A DNA stretch of 64,000 nt from a virus (IMGVR_UViG_2872355237_000003), one strand, 5' to 3'; shown: positions 49,209-58,995, counted from the stretch's first letter. A program made the numbers and translations. The notes: generated from the sequence alone by a model not told the origin.

Positions 49209-49989
49209 TAGTCACTTCCTTATATTCGGCAATTCCTCTGCACAAGCTAAAGCTTGGCAGTTACCTTGCCATTTTCCTTATGTATTATTTTACGCATGTC
49301 AGATTTTGGGTGTTTTATTATTAACAATTTTAGCATTATATTGGTTATATAGTTCAATAAAATCTATTCATAAAGATTTAAACTGTGAAACAATAGATTA
49401 TAAAAATATATTAATTCCCTGTATTTTATCACATATTTTAGTAACAGGATTGTTTGCAAAATTATTTCAATATTTTTAAACTAAGACACTATAAAGTACT
49501 GTTTTTCATATTTTTGTTTTCTAATACTATATTTATTTATAATAATTAATGCACAACTAATATTTTAAGGATTTTTACTGTCATATTTTGATTTTTTCAT
49601 ATATATAAATAAATGAGGTGCTATATATGATTATCAGGAAGCGATATTGTGATAATGAAAAAAGTAAATTCCAACAGATGTAAAAGAAACAGGATATTTT
49701 ACCGCATGTTCATTTGACTAAACAACAATAAGTATAGAAATTGATGTTTTAGTGTTTTAATTTGTAGAATAATATTCTAAATGATTCAAGGGTTCCTTGT
49801 ATTATTAAACTGATATGAATTTATACCTAACAACACAAAACCTCTAGTATGATTACTAGAGGTTAAACTTTTTTATATTTTAAATGTTAGTTTAATTCTT
49901 TTTAGTTTTACAATTTAAAATTTTGTTTATAATTGTAGGGATAGCTTTTAGTATTGATTCTGCTTTTGTTTCTTTTTATCTGTTTTACA

Positions 49990-50889
49990 CTATTCATTTG
50001 TATTTTTATTATCAACACTATCTATATTATCTGGTAGTAATCCTATTAGCACACTTAATAAGATCGTAACGCTAAATATAGTAGTTATTTTACTTAATAG
50101 ACATGCTAGTTGGCTCGTCCAATGATTAGCAATTATATTCTCAGCACAAAAAGTTAAAAAAGTTGAGATAGTATAATATATAAGTTGCCAACTTGTAATA
50201 TTTTCTTTTTGTAAATTACAATGAAAGAAATCATTATTAACAACAAATAATGTATAATTAGTATAATAACCAATACTTATAAATGCAATTATAATTAACA
50301 TACCTATAATAAATAGACTAAAGAATTGATTTAAAATAGGTATAGATTTATCCTTTAATATGTTATAACGATATATTAATAAACTATATAACACTTTGCA
50401 AATTAAAATATATGCTATAAATATTATCATCATGAATATTGCATACTCTATTGTATTATACTTAGGTATTCCAATGTGTACTCCAATAGTTAAAATGATT
50501 AGGAATAAATATACTAATATCAATAGATGTAATTCTCTACTTTTTAAAATTGGATTCTTTTTGCGTTCAAGCCAGTCGCATAATTCATTTATAGGAAATA
50601 TTAAAATTAATATTAAAAATATTGATAAAATTATAATATAAATATTATAAAATTTCAATGTTTTTAATATATATAATAACATCATAGGTAAACCTATAAT
50701 AAATATAAACGAAATAGAAGTAGATCCTTTATTATCTAATAATATAGGCGTACTAAATTTATTGGTGGTTTCTGGAGCATAAGCTTCTTTTTTAACTTCT
50801 ATATCGTTAGGTAAAAATTTGTATATAATCAAATCAAGTGGTATTAAAAGGATGCATAACAACCATATCGCCTTACTATATATTCCCAT
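49990..50889 (-). CDS. polytopic membrane protein with ion-channel-like (Ion_trans_2-like) C-terminal segment
   Basis: Multiple TM helices; WQLIYYTISTFLTFCAENIIANHWTSQL echoes a pore helix/loop. Start placed at ATG 50889 after AGGAG. Confidence 0.55.
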   Translation of the reverse strand: MGIYSKAIWLLCILLIPLDLIIYKFLPNDIEVKKEAYAPETTNKFSTPILLDNKGSTSISFIFIIGLPMMLLYILKTLKFYNIYIIILSIFLILILIFPINELCDWLERKKNPILKSRELHLLILVYLFLIILTIGVHIGIPKYNTIEYAIFMMIIFIAYILICKVLYSLLIYRYNILKDKSIPILNQFFSLFIIGMLIIIAFISIGYYTNYTLFVVNNDFFHCNLQKENITSWQLIYYTISTFLTFCAENIIANHWTSQLACLLSKITTIFSVTILLSVLIGLLPDNIDSVDNKNTNE

Positions 50890-51147
50890 ATATGAAATTC
50901 TCCTATTATAACTATGTATATGAAATTTATTTATATTAGTATTACAATAATTAAATTTACAAATATTTATATATTTAATCCAAATAACAAAGTTGTCTTG
51001 TGTATTCTTATTATGCAATAAATATAATATTATTTTTAAAATTAAATTATGACTTATTAAGTATATACGTTTATGTCATATAAAGTCAATAAGTGAATTA
51101 ATTTCATAATATTCAGTATATGTTTGTAATTATATGACATATGTAGT

Positions 51148-51870
51148 TTAAATTATCTTAACATACTTAGAACTCACATATCCACCATTTTCCCCAAAAT
51201 AAATAGATAGCCATTCTCCATAGTTTTTAAATATATGTACCTTTTCACCTTTTAACAATTTACCAATTTTCTTACTATTGATACCAGCACCATCTCTAAC
51301 ATTTAAAGCACTAGCAGTTACTATTCCATCAATCTCTTTTTGTATAGAATTTAGATTGGTATTTATATAATCGCCGTTATTTTTAATTGATTTATAGTTA
51401 TCAAATTTATCTAAATTATATTGTTTAATTATTCTTATTAGTTCTTTAGAATAATCTGGGCTAGTAGAATACCCTGCCTTAACCAATGCTTCTATTTGTC
51501 CAATATAATCTTTAGAATCAAATAATCCATTATCTTTATATCTTTTATTTTTAACCAAAAATTCGGCATGGTCTTCAATAGATTCACTCCATGAATTATA
51601 AACTCTAAAATCACAAGTTTTAGTAACACAAATGTTATTAATATATTCTTTAGTATTTACAGCAATTTTTCTACCACACCATCTTGTATCAGCTTTTATT
51701 CCAAACAAATTATTATAATTTTTAGCTAAATTACTTGAACCCCATCCAGACTCTAATATTGCTTGAGCCATTGTAACAGAAGCTAATATACCATACTTTT
51801 CTTGAGTTATTATAGTACCATTTTTAATATCATTAATAAATTTATCAGTTTTTTGACTCATATATAACAC
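51148..51870 (-). CDS. endolysin: GH73 glucosaminidase + SH3b domain
   Basis: AQAILESGWG, NNLFGIK, FRVY.SW.ESI.DH, GYST.P.Y; C-terminal LNVR.G.G...W...G..GYVS. Confidence 0.9.
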   Translation of the reverse strand: MLYMSQKTDKFINDIKNGTIITQEKYGILASVTMAQAILESGWGSSNLAKNYNNLFGIKADTRWCGRKIAVNTKEYINNICVTKTCDFRVYNSWSESIEDHAEFLVKNKRYKDNGLFDSKDYIGQIEALVKAGYSTSPDYSKELIRIIKQYNLDKFDNYKSIKNNGDYINTNLNSIQKEIDGIVTASALNVRDGAGINSKKIGKLLKGEKVHIFKNYGEWLSIYFGENGGYVSSKYVKII

Positions 51871-51914
51871 TTCCTTTTATATTATTTTCCTATAAATATA
51901 ATTTAATTAATTTT

Positions 51915-52919
51915 TTAATTTTCTAACTCCTTAACCAATACATCAAATGTACCGTCATTTATAGTTTTCAAAGCATCTATAGGTCTATATGGTTCAGTTT
52001 CATAAGTTATCTTCGCTTCTTTGATATTCTTGTCGTCTGTCCACATTAACAAATCGTAATCTTCAGCTTTATCTAATATTTTAGTTGATTCTATTTCTCC
52101 AATTAAAGAGACCTCGTTAACATCCTTATCATCAATCCAAACTAATAACTCTGGTTCTTCAAAACACTTAAATATTTTATCTTTATATTCACCACCTATG
52201 TTTAATTTATTTTCTTCTTTATCATCTGACCATTCTATAATTTCAAAACCTTGTAGTTTTCTTAATAACTCTTCGGATATATTAACTTGAGGAGTACCAT
52301 ATTTATTTAAATCTTCTTTTTTAAAAATATATCTTATCTGCTCTATGTTCTTTAATTCCTTAACAATTTTTAAATCTTCAATGTTCCTAGGAATTATATT
52401 ATCTTTATATATATTCTTATTTAAAGAATATATCTTATTATCTTTTTTTATAAAAAAATACTTTAAAATACTCTTTTCAATATACCATTCAGTATCTATT
52501 CTCGATTCACCATCTTTGGAGATAGAAAATTTATAATGTCCTTTAGGTAAATCAACGATGGTGCGTTCCCAATTTTCTATTAGATGTTTCGTACAAGTTT
52601 GTGTAACATTTTCAGTTATATCTTTCCATTTCTCATTTTCCATTTTTTCTATTTTAAATAAAGCACAATAATCATTATAAGTTATGGGAGGATATCTCCA
52701 AATAGTGCAATTATCATAAATCTCTATCTCGATATATTGACTTGTATTACAAATATAAAAAGCACCAGTATCATTCCAAGTTTCATCAAGCTTTTCATTA
52801 AATAATCCTATTTCATTATTGTTACTTGGACTTGTAGAATTTCCGTTATAAGTAGAATACCCTATTAATTTATATCTTGCTTCATTATTTACATTGCTGG
52901 GTCTTATTTTTCCTGCCAT
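51915..52919 (-). CDS. putative tail/receptor-binding module protein
   Basis: Shares the TEWYIE motif with 56084..56872 and the KY-hydrophobic..N.IYSL junction motif with the array. Confidence 0.55.
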   Translation of the reverse strand: MAGKIRPSNVNNEARYKLIGYSTYNGNSTSPSNNNEIGLFNEKLDETWNDTGAFYICNTSQYIEIEIYDNCTIWRYPPITYNDYCALFKIEKMENEKWKDITENVTQTCTKHLIENWERTIVDLPKGHYKFSISKDGESRIDTEWYIEKSILKYFFIKKDNKIYSLNKNIYKDNIIPRNIEDLKIVKELKNIEQIRYIFKKEDLNKYGTPQVNISEELLRKLQGFEIIEWSDDKEENKLNIGGEYKDKIFKCFEEPELLVWIDDKDVNEVSLIGEIESTKILDKAEDYDLLMWTDDKNIKEAKITYETEPYRPIDALKTINDGTFDVLVKELEN

Positions 52920-52936
52920 TTTAACACCTTCTTTCT

Positions 52937-54022
52937 TTATTTGATTTTAATATTTTTAATCCAATCACCTATCTTATAGCTAAACAACTCTCCGTCACAA
53001 CATTTTCCTTCATATTTCATTTCAACTTGTCCATCAAATTTATCTAAATTTAATAATTGTTCATCATCAAATCCATCTTTTTTAAATAATTCTTCTGTGG
53101 GTTCTGATTCGTCAAGTTGAGATAAAATTGTGTTTTTAATTGAATATAAATGTCTACTTTGATTTAATAAAAAATGTTTTTCTACTTCAAACCATAATTT
53201 AGGATATTGTCCTTCTTTTAATATCCAAATGGGAGTTTGATCTTCTAACTTTTCACTTTGCCAATCTTTAAACGTTGAAGGTTTTTTTAATTGTTCTGTG
53301 GTTTTGCCAGTACAATATTTAGATGTTGAGAAATTATCAATATTATAATAACAATTAAAAAATCCATAATTACCCTCACTATCACAACGAGGAGTTATAG
53401 CCTCTGAACAACCTTTTCCCTTTACAATATTGCATACATATACATTTTGTATAGTTGATTGACTCCCGATAAATGATGATAACCCCCCTGTGTCGTCCTG
53501 TTCTGATTCGACTTTAGTGTTTGAACTGTAAGAGTTTTTTAATGTTACAGGCTGATTGTTTATTTGTCCTATCAAGCTACCTGAGTTTTTTAAACTTTTT
53601 ATATTTGAATCTATAACACATACACATTCTATATTACCTTGATTCAGCATACCAACCAATGCACTTACATAATTTCCCCCAATTATATCAGCATCTTTGA
53701 TTTTAAGATTTTTTATGAAGTTGGATTGTCTTAAGCTACAATATCCAAATAAAGCAATATAATCTTCATTTTTAACCGATATATATAAATTTTTAATAAT
53801 ATGTCCATCGCCATCAAAGTCACCTTGGAACGAATTATTCACTCCTCCAATAGGTTTCCACCCTTCACCTTCATTAAAAGGCTTTATATTTAAATCTATA
53901 TCCCTAATCAACTTATAACTAGCATTTAAGTTATCTCTTACTTTATCTAAATCAAAAGCATCCTCGATTAAAAAAGGATTCTCCTTAGAGCCATCTCCAC
54001 CTGCGAATTTTCCATTTGCCAT
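52937..54022 (-). CDS. GLUG-like repeat adhesin/tail protein, paralog 2
   Basis: FAGGDGS.ENPF.I, YKL..DIDL, W.PIG, F.G.FDG.GH.I.NL and GLxG repeats. Confidence 0.7.
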   Translation of the reverse strand: MANGKFAGGDGSKENPFLIEDAFDLDKVRDNLNASYKLIRDIDLNIKPFNEGEGWKPIGGVNNSFQGDFDGDGHIIKNLYISVKNEDYIALFGYCSLRQSNFIKNLKIKDADIIGGNYVSALVGMLNQGNIECVCVIDSNIKSLKNSGSLIGQINNQPVTLKNSYSSNTKVESEQDDTGGLSSFIGSQSTIQNVYVCNIVKGKGCSEAITPRCDSEGNYGFFNCYYNIDNFSTSKYCTGKTTEQLKKPSTFKDWQSEKLEDQTPIWILKEGQYPKLWFEVEKHFLLNQSRHLYSIKNTILSQLDESEPTEELFKKDGFDDEQLLNLDKFDGQVEMKYEGKCCDGELFSYKIGDWIKNIKIK

Positions 54023-54041
54023 ATAATCACCTTCCTTTATG

Positions 54042-55127
54042 TTAGATTTTGATTCTAAGTATTTTTAAAATATTATCAGTTATATTTATTTTTGAAATTG
54101 AACCTTCATTTGTATTTTCTTTTTCAATAAAAAACATCTTCTTTTTTTTATAAGTTTTGTTTAAATCTAAAACATCATCAAATCCCTTTTCTTTATATAA
54201 TTGTTCTATAACCTGTTGTTTCCCTAAATCAACTATCACATCATCCTCAAAACTAAATAAATTTTCAGTTTTATTCTCTTTTAGTAAATATTTAAGTTCT
54301 CTGCGATATAACTTAGGATATTCGCCTTCTTCTAATATCCATACAGGTGTGCCATCTTCTAATTTCTCATCTTCCCAATCTTTAAATGTTGATGGTTTTT
54401 TCATTTGTTCAGTTGTTTTTCCTTCGCCACCTGCGGATGAGGTTTGACCACTTGTAGCTATGTCCCAGTATGAATTTATTATTGCGTCGTATTTATGATA
54501 GTTGTTACAACCAATTAGACCGCCATAACTTTCATTTTGTGTACTTGCAACTTTACCTGTAGAATAGCAATTCTTAATAGTAAAATTTTGTTGATATATA
54601 TACCCTATTAATCCACCTACACATTCTTTTCCCTTAACATTACAACTGGAAAAGCAGTTTAATATATTTCCAGTTATAAGTTCTCCCAAAAGTCCTCCGC
54701 ATTTTATATCTTCAACATCTATAACCCCACTTGCGAAACAATTTGTTACATTTGAATTTTTACATTCCCCAGCCAATGGTGAACTTTGGAATCCTTCTGT
54801 TATATTAACATCAATAATTCCTAAATTTTTTATGTTTGAATCTGTTATAGCAGAAAATATTCCACCATTATAGCTACCATATTTTCGCAAATTTTTTATA
54901 CAATGTTCATTACCATCAAAATTACCTTTAAAACCATTAGTAATATATGCCCCAATAGGCTTCCATCCTTCACCTTCATTAAAAGGTTTTACATTTAAAT
55001 CTATATCATTAGTTAATTTGTAACTAGCATTTAAGTTATCTCTTACTTTATCTAAATCAAAAGCATCCTCGATTAAAAAAGGATTCTCCTTAGAGCCATC
55101 TCCACCTGCAAAATTACCGTTTGCCAT
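54042..55127 (-). CDS. GLUG-like repeat adhesin/tail protein, paralog 1
   Basis: Same N-terminus as 52937..54022; repeats CGGLLG, VGGLIG and YGGLIG. Confidence 0.75.
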   Translation of the reverse strand: MANGNFAGGDGSKENPFLIEDAFDLDKVRDNLNASYKLTNDIDLNVKPFNEGEGWKPIGAYITNGFKGNFDGNEHCIKNLRKYGSYNGGIFSAITDSNIKNLGIIDVNITEGFQSSPLAGECKNSNVTNCFASGVIDVEDIKCGGLLGELITGNILNCFSSCNVKGKECVGGLIGYIYQQNFTIKNCYSTGKVASTQNESYGGLIGCNNYHKYDAIINSYWDIATSGQTSSAGGEGKTTEQMKKPSTFKDWEDEKLEDGTPVWILEEGEYPKLYRRELKYLLKENKTENLFSFEDDVIVDLGKQQVIEQLYKEKGFDDVLDLNKTYKKKKMFFIEKENTNEGSISKINITDNILKILRIKI

Positions 55128-55140
55128 TTAATCACCTTCT

Positions 55141-56067
55141 TTATTTTAATAATCTAACACCATCTATTTTCTTAATTCCATTCTTTAAATTAACACTAAA
55201 TTGTTTTCCGCTTTCTAAATCATTAGTAAAGAGTATATTTAAATTACCTTTATCTATAGTTTTTAATATATCTTCTATATCATCAAAGCCATATTTCTTT
55301 AAATTTTCATCTGTAATATTGTTAACCTCAACCCCTGTAATTGGTTTATATTGTGACTTTGAAGGTTCATAAAACTCTGATTTTATGGTGTATAATTGGT
55401 TGTTCTGTTGAAGTAGAAATTTGTAATACTCAATAGGGCACCCATATGAAATTAATTCTAGATTTTTAATTGTACCATTATTTTTCTTTATACAATCTAT
55501 GATTTGATTATCAACCAATTTATCCATATTCCAATACCCAGTTAAAAAATTATTGTTTTTATCAATCCTTATGCCTTTCGAATATTTGGCAATTATAGAA
55601 TTATCTAATTCAATATTCCAAAAAGAAAAATCATCTAAAAAACCATTATACCTTTCATGGCTTCCTTGATATAATCCTAAAACTATGTCAATAGAATTAG
55701 TATTATATGAATTTATATTACTGCTTACTTCTATATCTAAAACACCATCTATATAAACTTTAACTGTATTTGAAACTGTTATTATTACATTATGCCATTC
55801 ATTATCACTAATTAATGTATTACCTATAAACTCACAACCATTATTATTATTATAAATCCAAAATGAGATTTTACCATTTTTAATATTTAATGACCATCCA
55901 TTACGACTACCACTAATATATTTATTAACTATAGAACTATGATTGTTATTATTTTGAGTTGTTTTAATCCAACATTGAATTGAAAAAGGAAATACATTGT
56001 AAAAATCTTTATGTTTAATTATAGCCTCAGAATCTTTTCCGTTAAAATACAAACTTTTATTTGCCAT
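55141..56067 (-). CDS. LamG/concanavalin A-like lectin-domain tail protein
   Basis: SLYFNG, FSIQCWIK, EWHNV, VYIDGVL, G.LDD..FWN..L and L.GYW.MD motifs. Confidence 0.8.
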   Translation of the reverse strand: MANKSLYFNGKDSEAIIKHKDFYNVFPFSIQCWIKTTQNNNNHSSIVNKYISGSRNGWSLNIKNGKISFWIYNNNNGCEFIGNTLISDNEWHNVIITVSNTVKVYIDGVLDIEVSSNINSYNTNSIDIVLGLYQGSHERYNGFLDDFSFWNIELDNSIIAKYSKGIRIDKNNNFLTGYWNMDKLVDNQIIDCIKKNNGTIKNLELISYGCPIEYYKFLLQQNNQLYTIKSEFYEPSKSQYKPITGVEVNNITDENLKKYGFDDIEDILKTIDKGNLNILFTNDLESGKQFSVNLKNGIKKIDGVRLLK

Positions 56068-56083
56068 AAAACCACCTTCTTCT

Positions 56084-56872
56084 TTATTTTTCTTCCCATT
56101 TACCTATTTGAAATTTACTTCCTATTTTTTTCTTAACTAAATCTAATAATTTATATTCCTCCGTATTATATTTAATTTCTTTTTTATTGTCTTCATCAAT
56201 ATACTCAATCTTATCTGTGATTTCATTAAAATCAATTGGTATAACAGTTTTATAAATATCATTCTTATCTAATTTTAAATTAACTGATTTACTATTCTTT
56301 TTCTCAACTAACGTATTTAAATTGTCAATTCCATTTTCCTTATAGAATCGTTCTTTTTCTTCATTATTACTAGGTTGTCCTAATTCATAAAATGAAGATT
56401 TTAAAGAGTAATAATTATTATTTTGTTGTATTAGATATTTATGTGCTTCTAAGTTTTCTATATACCATTCAGTAAAAGTTGTATAGCTTGTAGTAGGTTT
56501 TACTTGATATACCCCTTTTTCCAATTTACCACACAGTAAATACCAATCATTAACTTTAGTTGGTATGTTTTTTTTTAGTAGTATGAATTTTTTATCAGAG
56601 CCTTTTATATATAAATCTATTGACTTTGATGTTGAACCACCGCTATCGCTGTAGGGCTTACCATATGCATATATATTTGATTTTTGAAAAATTTCAAAGG
56701 TTATTCCATCATCATCATATAAAAGACATCCTCCATATTCTCCGTGAGCTTCTATATTTCCATCTACCAATGTTTCAATTTTGTCAAAACGATTTTGGTC
56801 AGAATATTTTAAAAATTTTATTACACCTTCTGGTTTTAGTCCTTCTGTATATGGTTTTGACAATCCTGCCAT
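56084..56872 (-). CDS. putative tail/receptor-binding module protein
   Basis: Distinct N-domain followed by KYLIQQNNNYYSLK...GIDN module shared with neighbours. Confidence 0.55.
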   Translation of the reverse strand: MAGLSKPYTEGLKPEGVIKFLKYSDQNRFDKIETLVDGNIEAHGEYGGCLLYDDDGITFEIFQKSNIYAYGKPYSDSGGSTSKSIDLYIKGSDKKFILLKKNIPTKVNDWYLLCGKLEKGVYQVKPTTSYTTFTEWYIENLEAHKYLIQQNNNYYSLKSSFYELGQPSNNEEKERFYKENGIDNLNTLVEKKNSKSVNLKLDKNDIYKTVIPIDFNEITDKIEYIDEDNKKEIKYNTEEYKLLDLVKKKIGSKFQIGKWEEK

Positions 56873-56938
56873 ATTTTTACCTCCTTTATTTCTTTTATTC
56901 TTACTGTTATTTATTCCATTTTTTACTGCAATTTCTAC

Positions 56939-56956
56939 ATAAAATCAACCTTTTAA
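56939..56956. repeat. palindromic motif ATAAAA-N6-TTTTAT (1-mismatch copy)
   Basis: ATAAAA tcaacc TTTTAA, intergenic, at the head of the adhesin array. Confidence 0.45.
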
Positions 56957-56986
56957 TTAAAATATCTTACTTTAGATTTACATAAA

Positions 56987-57026
56987 AATTATAGTTATCA
57001 TAATAATATTTATGACAACTATAATT
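56987..57026 (-). terminator. hairpin downstream of the DNRLRE gene
   Basis: AATTATAGTTATCATAA...TTATGACAACTATAATT. Confidence 0.5.
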
Positions 57027-57036
57027 GCTAAAAACC

Positions 57037-58980
57037 TTACATTATATAGCCATACCCTTTATTTTTATAAATTTCGTACCGTTTATTTACAACCTCTAAA
57101 AAACATTGGTTAACACTTATCCCGTCTACGTATATATTAAGATCATTTTCTATATTACTTTCATATGTATATTTAACTAACGATTTAATGGGTACGCATC
57201 CTAATGTATGGATATATGCTCGTTGATATTTTGTTTCTTTTACATATACATCTATAATATTTGTTATTTTTTCATTTAGACATTTTAATTCATTATTTAA
57301 TATACTTATACTAGGTATAACTACTGTATTATTAATATTATTTTTAGTTGAATAACTTAGCTTACCATGTATTGCTCGTTGTTGAACTTGTATAGAATTT
57401 AATACATATTCTACATCTTGAATTGTTAGCGTGTTAATAATTCTTCCATCTGATATATTTAATGTATTTAATAATTCTTTTGAGTAAGTATATCCTAATT
57501 CAGCCTTTATATATTTGCCTATACTACTATTTAATTCATTCGTAATTTTATTAACGGATAATGTACTTAGTTCATTTTCTAAACTATTTGTATAATAAAC
57601 ATTAATAAAATTAGATAATATACTAGAAGGGGCTACTCCTACATTCCCTGTTAAATCTGCAAATCTACCATAAAAAACCTCGTTCATTAATATTTTATTT
57701 GCTAATACTTTGATTTCATTACTTATGTGATCCAATTGAATTACTTCTAAAATATTATCAATATGATTTCCATACGCAATCCCTAGTTTATTTAATAGTT
57801 TCCATTTATTATTAACTTCTAATTGTGAAGCAATAGATTGCCATGAATGTATATCTATTAAGTTTACTAGTCTATTTGGATTAATTTGTAACATAGATTT
57901 TATAGCATTTAATATAGATACTCCAACACTACCTTGCACATCCTTACTTCCATACACTTCTAAAGTATTAGTTAAATTTTCTCCTTTTACTTGTATTCTT
58001 GAATTTAACATTTTGCTATTTTGCGTGAATACCTCTAAATTTGAGGTACAATATCCACTTGTTATATATGTCTCACACAACAATCTATCTTTAACTATCT
58101 CTAATTCTGCGAAACAATCACCTGAATTGTGTAACACAATAATACTTGCATCTATATTATTTGTAGAATGTTTTGTAACAACTTCTAATTCACTAAGCAT
58201 ATTATTTGTATCAACTTGCCATACATTTAAATAATTCATTATACTTTCTATCTCATGCATAAAAGGTGAATTTAGATTAATATATTTAATCAAAAGTTGA
58301 GGTGATTTTTCTTTTACACTAAATTCTTTTGAATAAAAAGCTACCATTTCATTTAACTTATTAACATTTAAAGCAACACCCTGATTTTGCTTAGGATTCT
58401 TTAACCATTTTTCTACTTGTTTTTTTACATCTATTTCAATAACTATATCTTTTGTTTCATTAGATTGCTTGGTAAAATCAATTATTGATTTTACCTCATT
58501 ACTTATATAAGGTTGATTTAACCAAGTTGTAGTTAACTCACTCCAACTACCATTAAACACTTCTTTCATTTCTAGTTTAAAGTTGTTTATATCTCTTACA
58601 TTTGATATAGTTAATCTTAATTTACAATCCAATAATATGATACTTGTTAATAGATTGAAATCTGACAAATCAAACTTTACCAATCCTATATTTTGTTTGC
58701 TATTGTTATTTCCAACTAGAATACTATTTCCTGATCCAAATATCATATATGGATTAGCTTCAGAAACAAAAGTATCCTCAACAGGATATAGTGTTTTAAT
58801 TTCTCGTTTTGGTGCAGTAATATCATATAGTCCTCTCATTCTATTCCTATAAGGAATATTTAAAGATGAAGTTGTATAATTATTGATAGGAATACATAGC
58901 TTACTAGATAGATTATTCTCTTTAATCCAATGAACATCTATTTTACCTCTCATTCTATTCTTAAAAGAAGTCTTCTTCAT
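57037..58980 (-). CDS. DNRLRE-like domain structural protein with C-terminal short-period repeats
   Basis: EDTFVSEANP, LVKFDLS, WSE..TTW.NQP, V..W..NP..N.G and FYSKE...PQL.I.Y, followed by roughly 11-aa periodic repeats. Confidence 0.65.
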   Translation of the reverse strand: MKKTSFKNRMRGKIDVHWIKENNLSSKLCIPINNYTTSSLNIPYRNRMRGLYDITAPKREIKTLYPVEDTFVSEANPYMIFGSGNSILVGNNNSKQNIGLVKFDLSDFNLLTSIILLDCKLRLTISNVRDINNFKLEMKEVFNGSWSELTTTWLNQPYISNEVKSIIDFTKQSNETKDIVIEIDVKKQVEKWLKNPKQNQGVALNVNKLNEMVAFYSKEFSVKEKSPQLLIKYINLNSPFMHEIESIMNYLNVWQVDTNNMLSELEVVTKHSTNNIDASIIVLHNSGDCFAELEIVKDRLLCETYITSGYCTSNLEVFTQNSKMLNSRIQVKGENLTNTLEVYGSKDVQGSVGVSILNAIKSMLQINPNRLVNLIDIHSWQSIASQLEVNNKWKLLNKLGIAYGNHIDNILEVIQLDHISNEIKVLANKILMNEVFYGRFADLTGNVGVAPSSILSNFINVYYTNSLENELSTLSVNKITNELNSSIGKYIKAELGYTYSKELLNTLNISDGRIINTLTIQDVEYVLNSIQVQQRAIHGKLSYSTKNNINNTVVIPSISILNNELKCLNEKITNIIDVYVKETKYQRAYIHTLGCVPIKSLVKYTYESNIENDLNIYVDGISVNQCFLEVVNKRYEIYKNKGYGYIM

Positions 58981-58995
58981 TTATATATCACCTCT

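Larger units (their letters stand above)
47057..49279 (-). mobile_element. IS200/IS605-family element (tnpA + tnpB)
   Basis: Identical 25-bp subterminal hairpin CTCTGCACAAGCTAAAGCTTGGCAG at 47064-47088 and 49236-49260; no TIRs. End positions are inferred to within a few bp. Confidence 0.88.
46507..49479 (+). pseudogene. multi-TM membrane protein gene interrupted by the IS200/IS605 element
   Basis: The 5' part (46507 to about 47056) runs into the IS end. A hydrophobic frame VLFYACQILGVLLLTILALYW...FQYF* resumes at about 49280-49479 and can be joined in frame. Confidence 0.7.

Noticed and set aside
47057-49279. IStron (group I intron-IS chimera)
   Set aside because: Only about 70 bp separate the left end from tnpA, too short for a group I intron core, and the element is antisense to the interrupted gene.
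49109-49324. 71-aa + strand ORF across the IS left end
   Set aside because: Chimeric reading across the IS boundary; the host-gene remainder is in a different frame.
49628-49720. Strong RBS (GAGGTG) followed by an 18-codon ORF MIIRKRY...
   Set aside because: Too short to support; possibly a pseudogene remnant.
51915-56872. Diversity-generating retroelement or invertase shufflon acting on the tail genes
   Set aside because: There is no reverse transcriptase in the window, no adenine-specific TR/VR mismatch pattern, and all cassettes are complete co-oriented genes without inverted crossover sites.
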